The notes below the pieces were generated by a model. It saw nothing but the letters and a program-made list of their open reading frames with translations, did not search any database and was not told the origin of the DNA. From the human T2T-CHM13v2.0 reference genome, Homo sapiens, in the NCBI RefSeq assembly GCF_009914755.1, contig NC_060935.1: a stretch of 64,000 nucleotides of DNA, one strand, 5' to 3'. This document shows, piece by piece, positions 12,931-25,765 of the stretch (position 1 is its first letter; every line of letters starts with the position of its first letter). Both the position numbers and the translations under genes were made by a program.

Positions 12931-13826
12931 ATTGGAGATAAAAAAGAAAAGAATAAATGATGCAGAAACCACCCATGTTCTCTGAGTGTTATAAGTGCCT
13001 GGCCATTGTGCAGACTGCATCACAAAAACATTCAATCCCGATACTGAGAAAAGGGGAGAAACAGTGGGGTTGTTGCCCAGAACATCAAGGCACACACCCT
13101 TCCTGCCTCCCTCCCACCTGGCTCCCGATGCAGGGGGAGCTGGGGAAGGGCTCACACTGAGGAGGGCTCCTGTCCTCCTGATCTCCACTGTTCCCTCCCC
13201 CATACCATGCCATCCCTCGTGGTTGCTCTGGAAACCATCGTGGCATCATTGATGGGGGATGGGAATTTCAGGTGGGCTTTCAGCCCTGGGAATTGGCTTG
13301 CAGAGGTAAAAGCCTCTGCGTCATTCCTGTGTAAATACTCTTAGTGTAGAGAGTGGAAGATAAGACAATTAGTCCACACTGTCAGGAAATCCACATAAGC
13401 AGCTTCACTCCTGAAGAGGGCCTCTTTTTCCTGAGATCTCCCCTGGCTGTGGCACATCTCACACACTGTGGGAAGCTGTCAGCTCTGTGGAGCAACTGGA
13501 AGAATTAAAAATAAAAATCGACTTTCAGAGAACAAAATCAGACCTGACAACTCAAGTCATTCAAACCAGGCATGGTTAGCGGATTGCAAATGTGTTTGTC
13601 AAAAGCAGGTGGCAGGGATGGTGGAGGGGACATTGTCTCAGAAAGGAGATTTGGGAAAGCATTCCACTTGGCCAGGTCTTCCTCTGGGCCTGAGGTCTGA
13701 CCTTGCCTCCTTTAGAGATGAGGTTTCCAGCCGCAGCCCCACCCCACCCTGTCTATTGCATCTCTCTTTCAACTTTTATGCTGCTCTGGGATCATGCCCA
13801 GTAAATTGCAGATGCCCCATTAAATA

Positions 13827-14688
13827 GAGTTGATCCTCATTACAGTAGGTTGAATATTCCTTATCCAAAATGCTTGGGACCAGACGTGTCTCGGATTTCA
13901 AATTTTTTAAGATTTGGGAGTATTTGCATTACATTTACTGTTTGAGCATCCCAAATCCAAAAATCTGAAATCGGAAATGCTCCAATCAGCATTTCCTTCA
14001 AGCATCATGTTGGCACTCAAAAACTTTCCAATTTTGGAGCATTTTGGATTTCAGATATTTGGATTAGGGATACTCAACCTGTATTAGCAATTCCACATTT
14101 ATGAATTCATCTGCTCACTAAAACTTATTTGTAACCCCCACATCAATACTCAGGTCATTCACAAACGTGCAAAAAATTTGAGTCATTCCATGCACACTTT
14201 ATCAGCTGAGGTTCCACAAGGCGCTCTGTCTTCTTGCTTCTGCCTCATACTGCAAACAATTATCCTTCCATGGTCCACTTAGTGCCATGGTTTTTCACAT
14301 TTTTGTGCATTTTGTTGATTTTGCTGCTTAAAATGACCCCCAAGCACAGTGAAGTGCCGACCAGTATCCCCAAGCATAAGAAGAGGCGCCCTATGGAGAA
14401 AAATAACATGTGTTGGGTAAGTTTCATTCAGACATGAATTATAATACAGTGCTGTTGGCTGTGAGTTCAATGTTAGTAAATCAACGATATATGTCAAGTG
14501 TGTTGTTTTTAAACAGAAACACCCATAAAACAAGGTCACATATTGATTGGCTGATGAAAATACTATGACCAAAGAGCTGCAGGAACCTAACCTTGTATTT
14601 TCAGTAGGAGCAATGGTTCAATATTTGTTAATTCAGTGTTTGCAGTGACCTTACAGAATATAATACCTCAAATAATGAAAATCGGCTA
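13827..14688. mobile_element. MER82 (TcMar-Tigger), interrupted by Tigger4a
   Basis: TIR GAGTTGATCCTCATTA|TTAGC..TTCC at left and AATAATGAAAATCGGCT at right; interior matches recalled MER82. Confidence 0.8.
13843..14081. mobile_element. Tigger4a (MER46A/Zombi) MITE
   Basis: TIRs AGGTTGAATATTCCTTATCC and GGATTAGGGATACTCAACCTG; flanked by TA at 13841-42 and 14082-83. Confidence 0.85.
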
Positions 14689-14699
14689 AGTCTGACCCA

Positions 14700-15385
14700 C
14701 TGAGTTGAATTGTTTCTGTATCTGAGTCTCCCCCTCACCTCCTTCCCCTAATGTGCTGCAGGGCAGAGATGGAGCCTGACTCATTTGTGCATTTCCAGCA
14801 CCCCTAGGAATATAGCAAGTTCTTAGCGTTTGCTGAATATCTTCCTTCCTATGAAGGACATTGAGACATTCCTTCATTCAGCTAATATTTAGTATCAATG
14901 CCAGGCACTGTTCCAGATCCAGGAGCTACAGAGGGCAGAAAGGGCAAAAACAGACAAAAACCCCTGCCCCCATGGTTCTTTTGCTCTCATTAGAGAAGAC
15001 ATGCAATAAGCAAAAGAAATACATTAAATGTATAGTATATTAGGTGGTAGTAAAGGCTAAGGATAAAAAATGAATGAGTAAAAGGGGCTAGAAAGTATCA
15101 GGAGTGGGAGAGGGATAGGAATTTTAGGCAGAGTAAGTAGGAAAGCTGCATTGAGAAGGTGGATTTGAGAAAAGGAAGTGAAGGTGCTAAATATGTAGTT
15201 GTCTAGGAGAAAGGTGATCCAGGCAGAGGAATAGCAAGTGTGATGGCTCTGAGGCAGGATCTCACCTGGGGTGTTTGCAGAACAGCAGGAGGCCTTGTGG
15301 CTGCAGTAGGGCGAACCAGTGGGGAGTGGTAGGACTTGGGGTCAGAGATGTGATAAGAGAACCTGTGGGCTGTGTAGAATTGGCC
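14700..15385. mobile_element. L2 fragments (+ then -, tail to tail)
   Basis: GCAGGGCAGAG...TTTCCAGCACC...TTTGCTGAAT (+); CATTCCTTCATTCAGC...ATGCCAGGCACTGTTC...AAAACCCCTGCCCCCATGG (-). Confidence 0.65.
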
Positions 15386-15391
15386 TTTCTC

Positions 15392-16045
15392 TAAGTTCGG
15401 GTTGATTCTAGGAATGCAAGTTTGGTTTCACATTTGCTCTTTATGGTGTGTAACATTAATAGGAAAAGAAGAAAACTACATGATCATTTTAAAGATGCAT
15501 TCCAGGAATAAACCCATGTGGTTGTGATATATTATCCATTTTATGTATCGCTGGATTCAATTTTCAATGTTCTTTTGGGTTTGGGTATCAAAGTTATGCT
15601 GGCATCATAACACAAGCTGAGAAGTGCTCTCTTTTTTTCTATTCGCTGGAAGAGTTTATGAAAGACTGGTGTCACTTCTTGCTTAAATGTTTGGAAGAAT
15701 TTACCAGCAAAGCCATCTGGGCCTGTAGTTTTCTTGATGAAAAGCTTTAAAATTATGGATTCAATTTTTAATAGATATGCTACTATTCAGAATTTCTGTT
15801 TCTTCTTGTGCCCATTTTGTTAAGTTATATTTTTATGGAATTGTTCATTTCTTTGAAGCTTTTACATTTATTGACATAAAATTGCTCATAATATCCTCTT
15901 ATTATTTATTTTTAAGTCTGTGAGATGCGTAGTGCTGTCCCTTTTTCATTTTAGATAGTGCTAATTTGTGCCTTCTTTCTTACTGTTATTCAGTGTTGCT
16001 AGGGGCTTATCAATTTCAATAATCTTTTCAAAGAACTAACTTTTG
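15392..16045 (-). mobile_element. Old L1M ORF2 fragment with ~100-bp inverted left end
   Basis: 15392-15499 reads as + strand ORF2 (GGAATGCAAG...GAAAACTACATGATCAT...AGATGCA); 15496-16045 reads as - strand ORF2 (GAATTTACCAGCAAAGCCATCTGGGCCTG, TCTTTTCAAAGAAC). Confidence 0.75.
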
Positions 16046-16049
16046 TTGG

Positions 16050-17180
16050 ACATTGTGTTAGGCACTGGGGATAAAAGTTGAATAACATTTGGTGTCACTG
16101 TTTCCAGAGATTTTACATTTTAGAGGAGGAAGAGAGGCAATAAACCAGCCAATATAATATTTGGTAAATAATTTCAACAAACAATAAGTTCCATGAAGAA
16201 AATAGACAGAGTGAGTGGGAGCCACTTTGAATTGTCTGCTTTCTCTAAAGTGGTAATATTTAAACAGAGACTTGTAAGGCAAGAGTTACCCATGCAGAAG
16301 TCACACGAAAGAGATCTCTAGGCAGAGAGAATAGCATGTACAAAGGCATGAGGTGGGGGTAGTATCCAATAGTATGTGAAGAGCGAAACAGAACACTGCA
16401 GTGGCTGAAACATCATGTGTAAGAAGGAGACAGTGACACGAGTTGAGATCAAAGGAGAGATGAGCAAGGTAGAGCCAGATAAGGTAGGGTCTTATAGTCC
16501 ACAGTATAGAGTTTGGATTTTATTTTAAATACCACAGCAAGTGTATTAGTCAGCTATCGCTATGATAATGCTCCATAACAAACAACTCCCAAATCTCAGT
16601 GGCTCCCAATAGCAGTTAATTTTCTGTCTCGCCAGTTGCAGGCCAGCTGGGGTGGCTACGAATCACACTAATAGTTGATCTTAGATCTTCTCCATATGTT
16701 TCTCATTCTGGAACCAGTGTTTATCAAGGCATGCTCTCTTCATGGAACATGATAGATATGTAAAAGACCAAGCTAAACCACACAAATTCATTTAATGCCA
16801 CTGCTTGCATCGAGTCCATTAAAATGCTCTTGACCAAAGCAAGGCACATGACCAAGACCCCGATCAACAAGACTGGAGAATACACTGTCTGCACTGGTGG
16901 GAGGCACTGAAAATTCATATTGCAAAGGGCATACAATTATTACAGGGAGGAAATGAAAGATTAGGAATAATAATCCAATTTGCCACAGTAAAATCACTCT
17001 GGCTGTTGTGTGGAGGATGAATGGGAGGGAAGAGGTGAGAGTGGAGAAGAGACTGGTTCAGGTCAGCAAGGACGGTGATTGGAATTCAGTTGATAGCACT
17101 ATGGGTAGAGTGAAATGGACAGATTCTAGGTGTGTTTTAGAAGCACACCACAGAGGAACTGATGATGTATTAGACAGGGC
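16050..17180 (-). mobile_element. L2 fragment interrupted by MLT1
   Basis: TGTTAGGCACTGGGGATA...GAGTTTGGATTTTATT | AATCACTCTGGCTGTTGTGTGGAG. Confidence 0.7.
16542..16987 (-). mobile_element. MLT1 (I/J-like) MaLR solo LTR
   Basis: TGTATTAGTCAGC...AACAAACAACTCCCAAATCTCAGTGGCT...AATAATCCAATTTGCCACA. Confidence 0.8.
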
Positions 17181-17199
17181 GTAATTACTATTACATTCC

Positions 17200-17625
17200 C
17201 TTTACTCACTTCATTCCAGCCTCACTGGCCTTCTTGCTACTCCTCAAACATTCGAGTCACGCTGTGATTTCAGGGTCTTTGCAATTGCTGTTCCCTCTGT
17301 CAGAATGCTGTTCCCTTAGACACTGGCTTGGTCCACTTCCTCAATAAATTCAGGCCCTGCTCAAATATCAGTTCCTGAGTGAGACCATGTTGGATTGTCC
17401 TATTTACAGCAAGAATAATCTCCCTTATTCTGATCTATTTTTTCCATGGCTTTTATTGCCAACTGACAGATGCAGATTTGCTTATGAATTATTTTCTCCC
17501 ACTGCAATGGAAGCTCCATGCATGCAGGGATTTTTGTCTGTTCTGCTCACTGCTGTCTACACAGCATCTTGAATGCTGCCTGGCACATAGTAGGCACTCA
17601 GTAAATCTCTGATGATTTAATAAAT
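17200..17625 (+). mobile_element. L2 3' end
   Basis: TCCAGCCTCACTGGCCTTCTTGC...CAGGGTCTTTGCA...TGCCTGGCACATAGTAGGCACTCAGTAAAT. Confidence 0.8.
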
Positions 17626-19121
17626 GGATTCCCACAGGACAGCCCCATTGGGCAGGCATATGACAACTCCGGGAGACAATTCATCCTTGATCTGGTCTTC
17701 AGTCCTCAGAGACCTGGCCCACCTGTCATTAAGAAGGCCACCCTCTCTCCAGGCAGCTAACACATAGGGAGGGGTAAGGGGCTGTTTGATGCCTGGGACT
17801 GTGGTGAGGCCGGCTTGCCTGTTGTGAGTCATTAGAATGCCCACCTGGGGAAATTCTGGAAAATCGGTTTTCATGGTTCCAATGAGCATCTGCCCAGAGG
17901 CTTGCAGTCATGTGCTTTATCTCTTCACTGCAGCTCATGTAGTGTGGGAATTCCAAGAGCTGGGCTTCCATCCCTCCCAAGCCCCAGGATCTTGAATTCA
18001 GAATCAGGGTGAGAGTGAGTGCTCCTGGGGCCTCCCACAGCCCCAAGATTAAGCTCCAAGAACAGAAGCTGACATCTGTGGGCAGATATGAGAGAAGGGG
18101 ATAGAAAGGGACTCCTAGGACATTTGTTCAAGTGCAAGCCAAGGCGCTGGTTCCTTTTTCAAAAGAATAAATAGCCTCTGATTGAAATGGGAAACTAATT
18201 GATTGTACACACTGGCTTTTCAAAAGACAATGTCTGCCATGAAGGGAGTTTGTAGGGAAAACTATAGCCTATGTATGTCCATGGGGAGGTGGATGTATAT
18301 AATAGGATGAACGCTCTGATGAACATGTGGGGGAAGAGGCTAGGGTACATGTCTAGGAATGTTGCTGTGTACACAGAGGGATGGATAGTAGCTAAGTGCT
18401 GTGCTGGAGGAGCCTACAAGAGACTCTTGCAGGGGAGGGCTCTGTAGAGTTCATACAATGCTGTATATTTGCCAGAAATACTGTAACCTTACCTTCATGT
18501 GCACTAGGGAAGACTGCTTGGGATGGGAACAGCTGAAGAGCTGGGAACAACCCAGGGGCTCAGCTAACCCACACCCCAGGGGATGGATAGCAGCTGGGTA
18601 TATGGAGATGGAGGGCAATGGAAACCCGCTTTCACCAATGAATGATGCTCGCCCAGATAACACCACCTGGGGTTCAGGCAGGCCTGCCTCATAGCTGTGC
18701 ACTGCAGGGGGACATTTGGCAGAGAGGTTATGAATGGGGGTAAAATCTGCTCCCCAGTCTGTGCATTCTGGCACCTTTTACTGATTGGCTCACACACAGG
18801 GGGCCTATTTTCCAGCTGGTCAACCCAGAGGAGATGACTTTTTCTAATCTACACAAAGGTGCCTGAAGTGCTTACAGCACCCAGTGTCTTGGACCTCTTT
18901 CTCCTCCCTGTGGGACCTACCTGGTCTCCCAGTCCCCTTCACATCTCACCCCCCAGTGCCACAGCCACACAGACCCACTTGTTGTCCTCCCTACATGCCA
19001 GCATCCCTGACACTCTTCCTGCCCCATTCATATCCCTGGCTACTTTCATTTCCTCCAAAATGAGGGTGTCAGACTATATAACTTCCAAGATCTCTGCCAG
19101 AGTCATCATCATGGGATTTTT

Positions 19122-19805
19122 CAAAATCAGTTTTGTTGAGGTATAGTGAGTAAATAATGAAATTCATCAATGTTGTGTCCAATTCAATGAATTTTCACAA
19201 ATGTGGAGAGTCACATAACTATTAGCACCACAGCAGAGATACAGAACATTTCTATCTCCTCCAATGTCACCTCTTACTCCTCCGCAGGTCATCCCCTATC
19301 CCCACTCTAACCATAGCAATCACTGATCTAGCTCAACAGTTTTGCCTTTTTCTGAATATCATATAAATGGAATCACACAGTCTATACCCTTTTGTGATGG
19401 CTTATTTCATTTAGCATAATGCTTTTGAGATTTGTTTAAGTTGTGTGTATCAATAATTCATTCCTTTATATTGTGGAGTGGTACCTCATTTTATGGATAT
19501 ACCACAATTTATTTATCAATTAACAACTATTGATGGATATCTGGATTGTTCCCAGTTTATGGACAATATGCAAATGCTGTTACATTTGCATACAAGTGTT
19601 TTTAGGAACATATGTTTTCATTTTTCTCTGGTAAATACCTAGGAGTGAGATAACTGGATCATATGGTAAGTATCTATTTAACTTTATGAAAAAAACTGCC
19701 AGCCTATTCTAAAGTGGCTGTACCATTTTTTATTCCCACCAGCAATGAATGGGTACTCTCATTGTTCCACATCTTGCCAACATTAGGTATCCTCATTATT
19801 TTTTT
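19122..19805 (-). mobile_element. Old L1M (MB/ME-like) 3' end
   Basis: TTGTTGAGGTATA...ATATAAATGGAATCACACAG...GTAAATACCTAGGAGTG...TTCCCACCAGCAATG. Confidence 0.8.
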
Positions 19806-19809
19806 TCAA

Positions 19810-20160
19810 AACTTTTTTTAAATTAAATTTTTTATTTTGTGATAATTGTAGATGCACATGCAGTTGTAAGACATAATACAGGAGACCCCGTGTACCTTCT
19901 ACCTAGTTTTTCCCAGTGATAACATCTATAGTACAATTTCACAACCAGGATATTAGCATTGATACATTCAAGATACACAACATTTTCATCACCATGGAGA
20001 TCCCTCATGTTGCCCATTTATAGCCATATCTATATCCCTCCCATTCTTGCCCTCTCCTTAACCCTGGCAACCAATAAGCTATTTTCCAATTATATAATTT
20101 TGTTATTTCAAGAATGCTATATAAATGGAACATACAATATGCAATTTTGGGGGATTGTTG
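19810..20160 (-). mobile_element. L1MC-like 3' end
   Basis: TTTATTTTGTGATAATTGTAGATGCACATGCAGTTGTAAGA...CACAACCAGGATAT. Confidence 0.75.
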
Positions 20161-20199
20161 TGGTTTCTTAATGATATATTATCTTTTTAATGTATTTCT

Positions 20200-22602
20200 G
20201 GCCACAATATGATAGAATTACATATTACATATTTTTGCATCTAATTTCATGAGACATATTAGTTTGTACTTTTCATTTTTTATAACATCTTCATCCGGTT
20301 TTAGCATCAGGATAATGTCGACTTCATAAAATGACTGGGAAGGCTTCCCTCTTACTTAATTTTCTGGGAGAGTTTCTATAGAACTGATATTATCTCTTCC
20401 TTAAATGTATGGTACAATTTACCAATGAAGGCATCTAAGCCTTGATTTCTTTGTGAGAAAGTCTTTAACAACAAATTCAGTTTCTCTAATAGATTTAGGG
20501 CTGTTCCAGTTATTTACTTATTCTTGAGTGAACTTTGGTAGTTTATGCCTTTCAAGGAATTTGTCCATTTCATCTAGGTTGTCAAATATTGTTCATAATA
20601 TCCTTTATTATCTTTCTAATGCCTATGTGACCTGTAGTAATACCCTAAAAAAAATTCCTAATGTTGGTACATTTTTTTTTCTTGGTCTGGCTAGCTAAAA
20701 GTTTGTTAATTTTATTGATCATCCAGCCTCAATGATTTTCTCTGTTGTCGTCTTCAATCTCATTGATTTCTGTTCATATCTTCATTATTTTATAGCATCT
20801 ACCTACTTAGGCTTAGTTTGTTCTTCTTTTTCTATTTTTTCAATTGGAAGCTTATATCTTTCATTTAAGACCTTTCTTATTTTGTAATAGAAGGATTTAT
20901 TACTACAAATTTTACTCTAAGCACTGCTTTAGCCAAATTCCACAATTATTGACATAATGTTTTCATTTTCATTCAATTTTAAATATTTTTAAGCTTTGCT
21001 TCTGATTTATTCTTTGATCTATGAAGTATTTTGAAGTATGCTTTATAAATTCCTAAACACTTGAGGATTCTTTCTTATATCTTTCTGTTATTGATTTCTA
21101 ATTTAAATCTGTTGTAGTTGTGCTCAGGGAGAATACTTTGTACAATCTAAATACTCTTAATTTTATTGAGCTTGTTTTATGGCCCAAAATATAGTCATTC
21201 TTGGTGAATGTTCCATGGACACTTCAAAGAAATGTGTACTCTGCTGTTGTTGAGTAGAGTATTCTAGGAATGTCAATTAATTCAAGTTAGTTAATAAGTG
21301 TGATTCAGGTCTTCTATATCCTTACTATTTACTTGTTCTATCAATTACTGAGAGACAAGTATTGAAATTTCCAGGTGTAAGTGAATACTTTATTTTTTCC
21401 TCTTTCAATTCTACCAGTTTTCATTCATGTATTTTGAGGCTCTCTTATTACATACATACACAGGATCATTATGTCGTCTTAATGAATTGATCTGTTAATG
21501 TTCCTTGTTCTGAAGTCTATTTTGTCTAATATTAATATATTTGCCCCAGCTTTTTTTGATGTGTTTGCATAGTATATCTTTTTTCATTATTTTACTTTTA
21601 ATCTGAGTGTTTATGCTCAAAGTGAGATTTTTGTAGACAGCATACAACTAAGTCTTGATTTTTTTAGTCAAAATGATCATCTGTTCACTTAATTGGGGTA
21701 TTTAGCTCATTTACATTTAATGCAATTATCAGTATGTTTGGATTTAAATCTACCATCTTGCTAGACCACTTAATATTGTCCCATAGGTCACTACTTTTTT
21801 CATCCTCCCTCTCTCTCCCACTCTCTCTTTTTCTCTCGCTGTCCTTTAAAAATCTATGCTATATTTTGGATGGTTTGTATTGGCTTGTCTTCAAGTTCAC
21901 TAATCTTTTCTTCTACAGTCGCTAATCTCCTTTTAATACCCCCAATGTATTTTTCAAATTATATACATTTTTGAAAATTTTATTTCAGTCTTTTTGTATT
22001 TTTCATGTATCTCCTTATCATAATTGTGTTTTTCTCTACCTCCTTGAACATATGAAGGATATTTGTGATAACTGTTTTAACACCATCATCTGCTAGTTTC
22101 ATAATATCTGTCTTTTAGGGGTCTTGTTTCAATGGATTGGTTTTTCTCTTGGGCTGTGGATCATATTGGATGTTGAACACAGCGAATTTTATGTTCTAGG
22201 TGCTGAATTTTGTTGTATTCCTTTAAAGAATGTATTGGCATGCAGTTAAGTCATTTGAGATCAATTTGATTCTCTGAATGTTGCTATATAAGCTTTATTA
22301 GGGCAAATCCAAAGCAGCATTTAGTCTGAGGCTATTTAGCTCCATTACTAAGGACTCTGAAGGACTCTTTCTTATGCCTCACATATTTTGAGGTCTAGCC
22401 AATCTGGATAGGGGGAACATAAACCATTCCCAGACCCCTCTGAGCTCTGGGAATTACTCAGCCTACTGGTTTCCAGTGGTACTTAGGTGCTTATCCCAGC
22501 CTCATGAAGTTTCACCCCACGCATTCTTAAACCAGTATTCAGCTATTCAGCCAAATATTTGAGAGCCTCCCTCTGCAGAAAGCTGGCTCTAGCTCTTGCT
22601 CT

Positions 22603-22644
<42 letters not shown>

Positions 22645-22980
22645 GTCTCACACACACACACACACAGACACACACCTCTCTCCTCTCTGTTATGTCCTAC
22701 AAGTTCCAGCTGCCCTCAGCTTCCACAAATTCCAGCCTCTGCCTCCTCAAGTCAATTAGACTGCTGTGCTCTGTTAGATTTCCCCTTTTTGCCAAGTATC
22801 ACAGGGCTCACCTCATTTTTTCCCTTCTCGAGCTCACAGTCTTGCATTGCCTGGTAACCAAATTTGTAAATATATGAAACAAAGTTGTTTCATATATTTT
22901 ATTGTGGCTTTTTGATGTTTTTAGCCTGAGCATAATTCTGCACTCTCTTACTCCCTCAGCTAGAAGTGGAAGTTCCCCCA
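20200..22980 (-). mobile_element. Old L1M ORF2/5' region, degenerate
   Basis: T-rich reverse L1 ORF2 motifs (GAATTTGTCCATTTCATCTAGGTTGTCAAAT; CTTGGTGAATGTTCCATG; TTTTGTAGACAGCATA); no intact ORF. Confidence 0.8.
22607..22676. repeat. (CT)n-(CA)n compound microsatellite
   Basis: Direct observation. Confidence 0.95.
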
Positions 22981-22995
22981 CCATCCCAGGTATGG

Positions 22996-23768
22996 TGTTA
23001 TGGTATCTATTGGTTTTTGTTCATAGTTCCTGGTTCATAACTCCCATATCCCTTGTGATGGTCTTTTGTTATCATGTTGCGTATGTTAGGCCTCAGAAAA
23101 CAGAATCTCTGTCCTGCGCTCCATTCGCCCGCCCCAAGGCAGGACTCTAATCTTCCCATGCCTTTCTGATGGTGGGTCTGAAGACCCTCCCAGAGAGGGT
23201 CCCACCCTATACACTCAGGGAAGGAATACTGATATCATGAAGCCTTCATAAAAACCCAAGATGACAGAGTTTGGGGAGCTTCAGTATAGCTGAACCCTGG
23301 AGGTTCCTGGAGGGTGGTGCACCCAGGGAGGGCATAGAAGTTCTGCCCTCCTTCCCCCATACCTCACCCTACACATCTCTTCACCTGTATCCTTTGCAAT
23401 ATCCTTTATAATAAACCAGTAAGCATAAGTGTTTCCCTAAGTTCTGTGAGCTGCTCCAGCAAATGAATTGAACCCAAAGAGGCCATCATGGGAACTCCAA
23501 TGTGAAGCAGGTCAGTCAGAAGTTTTGGAAGTCCAGACTTTCAACTGATGTGGGGAGGAGCAGTATTGGGGACTGAGTCCTCCACCTGTGGGATCTGACA
23601 GTGTCTCCAAGTCAGAACTGGATTACAGCATACCCAGCTAGTGTCTGCTGCTTGGTACATGGGGAAAAACCTTCACACATTTGGTCACAGAAGTCTTCTG
23701 TGTTGATGATTGTTACTGTGATGTGAGAGTATAGGAAAAACATGGTTAGAGAGAGATTTCCCTACACA
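22996..23768 (+). mobile_element. MER21A-like solo LTR
   Basis: TGTTATG...GTTCCTGGTTCATAACTCCCATA...CCAAGGCAGGACTCTAATC...AATAAACC...CTACACA; TG...CA ends. Confidence 0.75.
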
Positions 23769-24322
23769 CTGGGATTTTAACATAAGAAACCAAATCAACC
23801 TAAGAGGAGGCTGTCATCAGCATGAAGACTATAGTTGTTGGGGATGTAGAGAAGACGGTGTCCCCTGCTTCCCTCTGGCCCTTTCTAGGCCTGACACTGG
23901 GAAGCAAAAACAGAGCTGGTTAGACATGTGAAATTAGGGGTGCCCAGAAAGTTTCAGGGGCTCTAAGCAGGAGGAGGTTTGAATGTCAGGACATTTGAAG
24001 AAGACAGCAGGACCACAGGGCTAACAATGTATTCAACAGCATTCCTGGGCTGTGATTTGCTAAGATCTGACGCCAAGAAAAAAAACAAAACCACCAACAA
24101 GACAGGAAGAAAAGAATAAAAGAAAATATATAAACATGGTAACAAAACCTTTTTTCAGCTGGGGCTTATAGAGGTTTTATGGTGGTTTTTTTCCTAGGCA
24201 AGTGGCAGTGAAACCTTTATTGCACCTCACAGCCTCCCAGACCGTTTTTTATACTACATAATGTGTTTGCAAGTTTCTGTCCATCGCTCAGTCTCCCTGT
24301 GCTTTGTCCTGTGAAACCATCG

Positions 24323-24336
24323 GTTTCCATGGCAAC
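24323..24336. promoter_or_regulatory. RFX X-box motif
   Basis: GTTTCCATGGCAAC fits the X-box consensus GTTNCCATGGNAAC; in non-repeat sequence. Confidence 0.55.
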
Positions 24337-24699
24337 CAGACTGCCAGATGAAGGAGCCAAATGAACGGACGGAGGTCTTTAGTGCACCTCTGGGGACCAA
24401 CAGAAGCCTAGGCCACAGATAGGAAAGGGATATGGGAGTAACCACAAGGGTCCCTCCACCAGCCAGGACTTCCCCTGCCAGCTCTGCACTTCTGGGTGGC
24501 TGCCTGGTGCATCCACAGGTTGGCACTCCTGGAAAGACTCGTCCACCATTGAGCTCCTTCCATCACTGACATTTACAAAGCCCCTGGAATATACCCCAGT
24601 CTCTGTGCAGGTGGCAAGACCCAGAGATGAATAAGACTTGGTCCCTGCCCCAAATGGCAAGCAGTCTGTCTAGAGAAATAATGGTAAAAGGAGTCTAGA

Positions 24700-24910
24700 A
24701 GGAACATTTATTAAGTGCTGACTATAAGCAAGACACTGTTCTAGGAACTATATACCTTAAATTTTAATTTTCACACACACACACACAAAAACCCGTGATT
24801 TAGTTATTTGTACTATTTGCATCATGGAGCTTTACCCATAGCTCATCCAAGGTCACATAACTTGTCAAAGGGAAAGCCAAGATTCACATTCAGGTCTGTA
24901 TCTGGCTCAG
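24700..24910 (-). mobile_element. MIR SINE
   Basis: AACATTTATTAAGTGCTGACTAT...CCAAGGTCACATAAC...AGATTCACATTCAGGTCTG. Confidence 0.65.
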
Positions 24911-25659
24911 CCTCTACCGACAGGTACAACCCTATCCCACTCGGTCACTCTGTCTCCTTCCTCTAAATCTCTTTTTTCTGGTTGCTTCAGAGTTTAAAGA
25001 ACTCTCAGAAAGTCTTTCTGTCTCTCTTTCTCCCCTGCCTGGATCCCTCACCACCCCTCTGTGGCCCCGTCTCTCCTCTCATTCTTGAAATAAATGTATT
25101 ATTGAACTAAAGCCCCTGCAACATGAATTAAACATAGGAACAAATCCCATTGTGGCCTCTGAGCCCCATGCTGTGCTGATGACATTAATGAAGGGTCACA
25201 CAGCCACATCCCTGCTTAAGTCTCTGAAATCCCACTCCCTTTGTCCAGACAGAGGGAGGAAACAGCTGACATCAGAAAACTGGGAGACCCTCAGGGAGAG
25301 AGAAGCTCTTTAAAAATAGCTCTCATAGCAGGAGGGTTCTGCCGGGCTAGCCTTCCCTGGGCTGAAAGAGAGCCAGCATGAGCCACCCCTTCGACCGGCC
25401 CCAGCTCTGCCCGATGGCTTCAGAGGCTGCTCCCAAAGGGGCTCAGTGAAGGGAAACTCAAGCTTGTAAAGCTAAACCCTGCACTGTCAACAAGGCCAGG
25501 GGACTAACAAGGCCAGCTGAGGCTGAATGACACAGAACACTGTCTGTGCCCAGACTTTGCCCTCCTGATGGGCTGCAGGCACTGACCTTCCCTCCCTAAG
25601 CCCCTTCCCCCAGGCTAAACAACCTCTGGGACCACAGAGTGTCACAAGTTCATGCGGCC

Positions 25660-25765
25660 CAACCTCCTTGTTTTATAAACAGGAACCCAAGGCTGAGAGA
25701 GGGACAGCAATGACCAGGGGTCACACAGCATCTCAGAACAGAGCCAGGACTCAAGCTAGGTCTGA
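25660..25765 (-). mobile_element. MIR fragment
   Basis: TTTTATAAACAGGAACCCAAGGCTGAGAGAGG...GGTCACACAGC...CAGAGCCAGGACTC. Confidence 0.65.
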
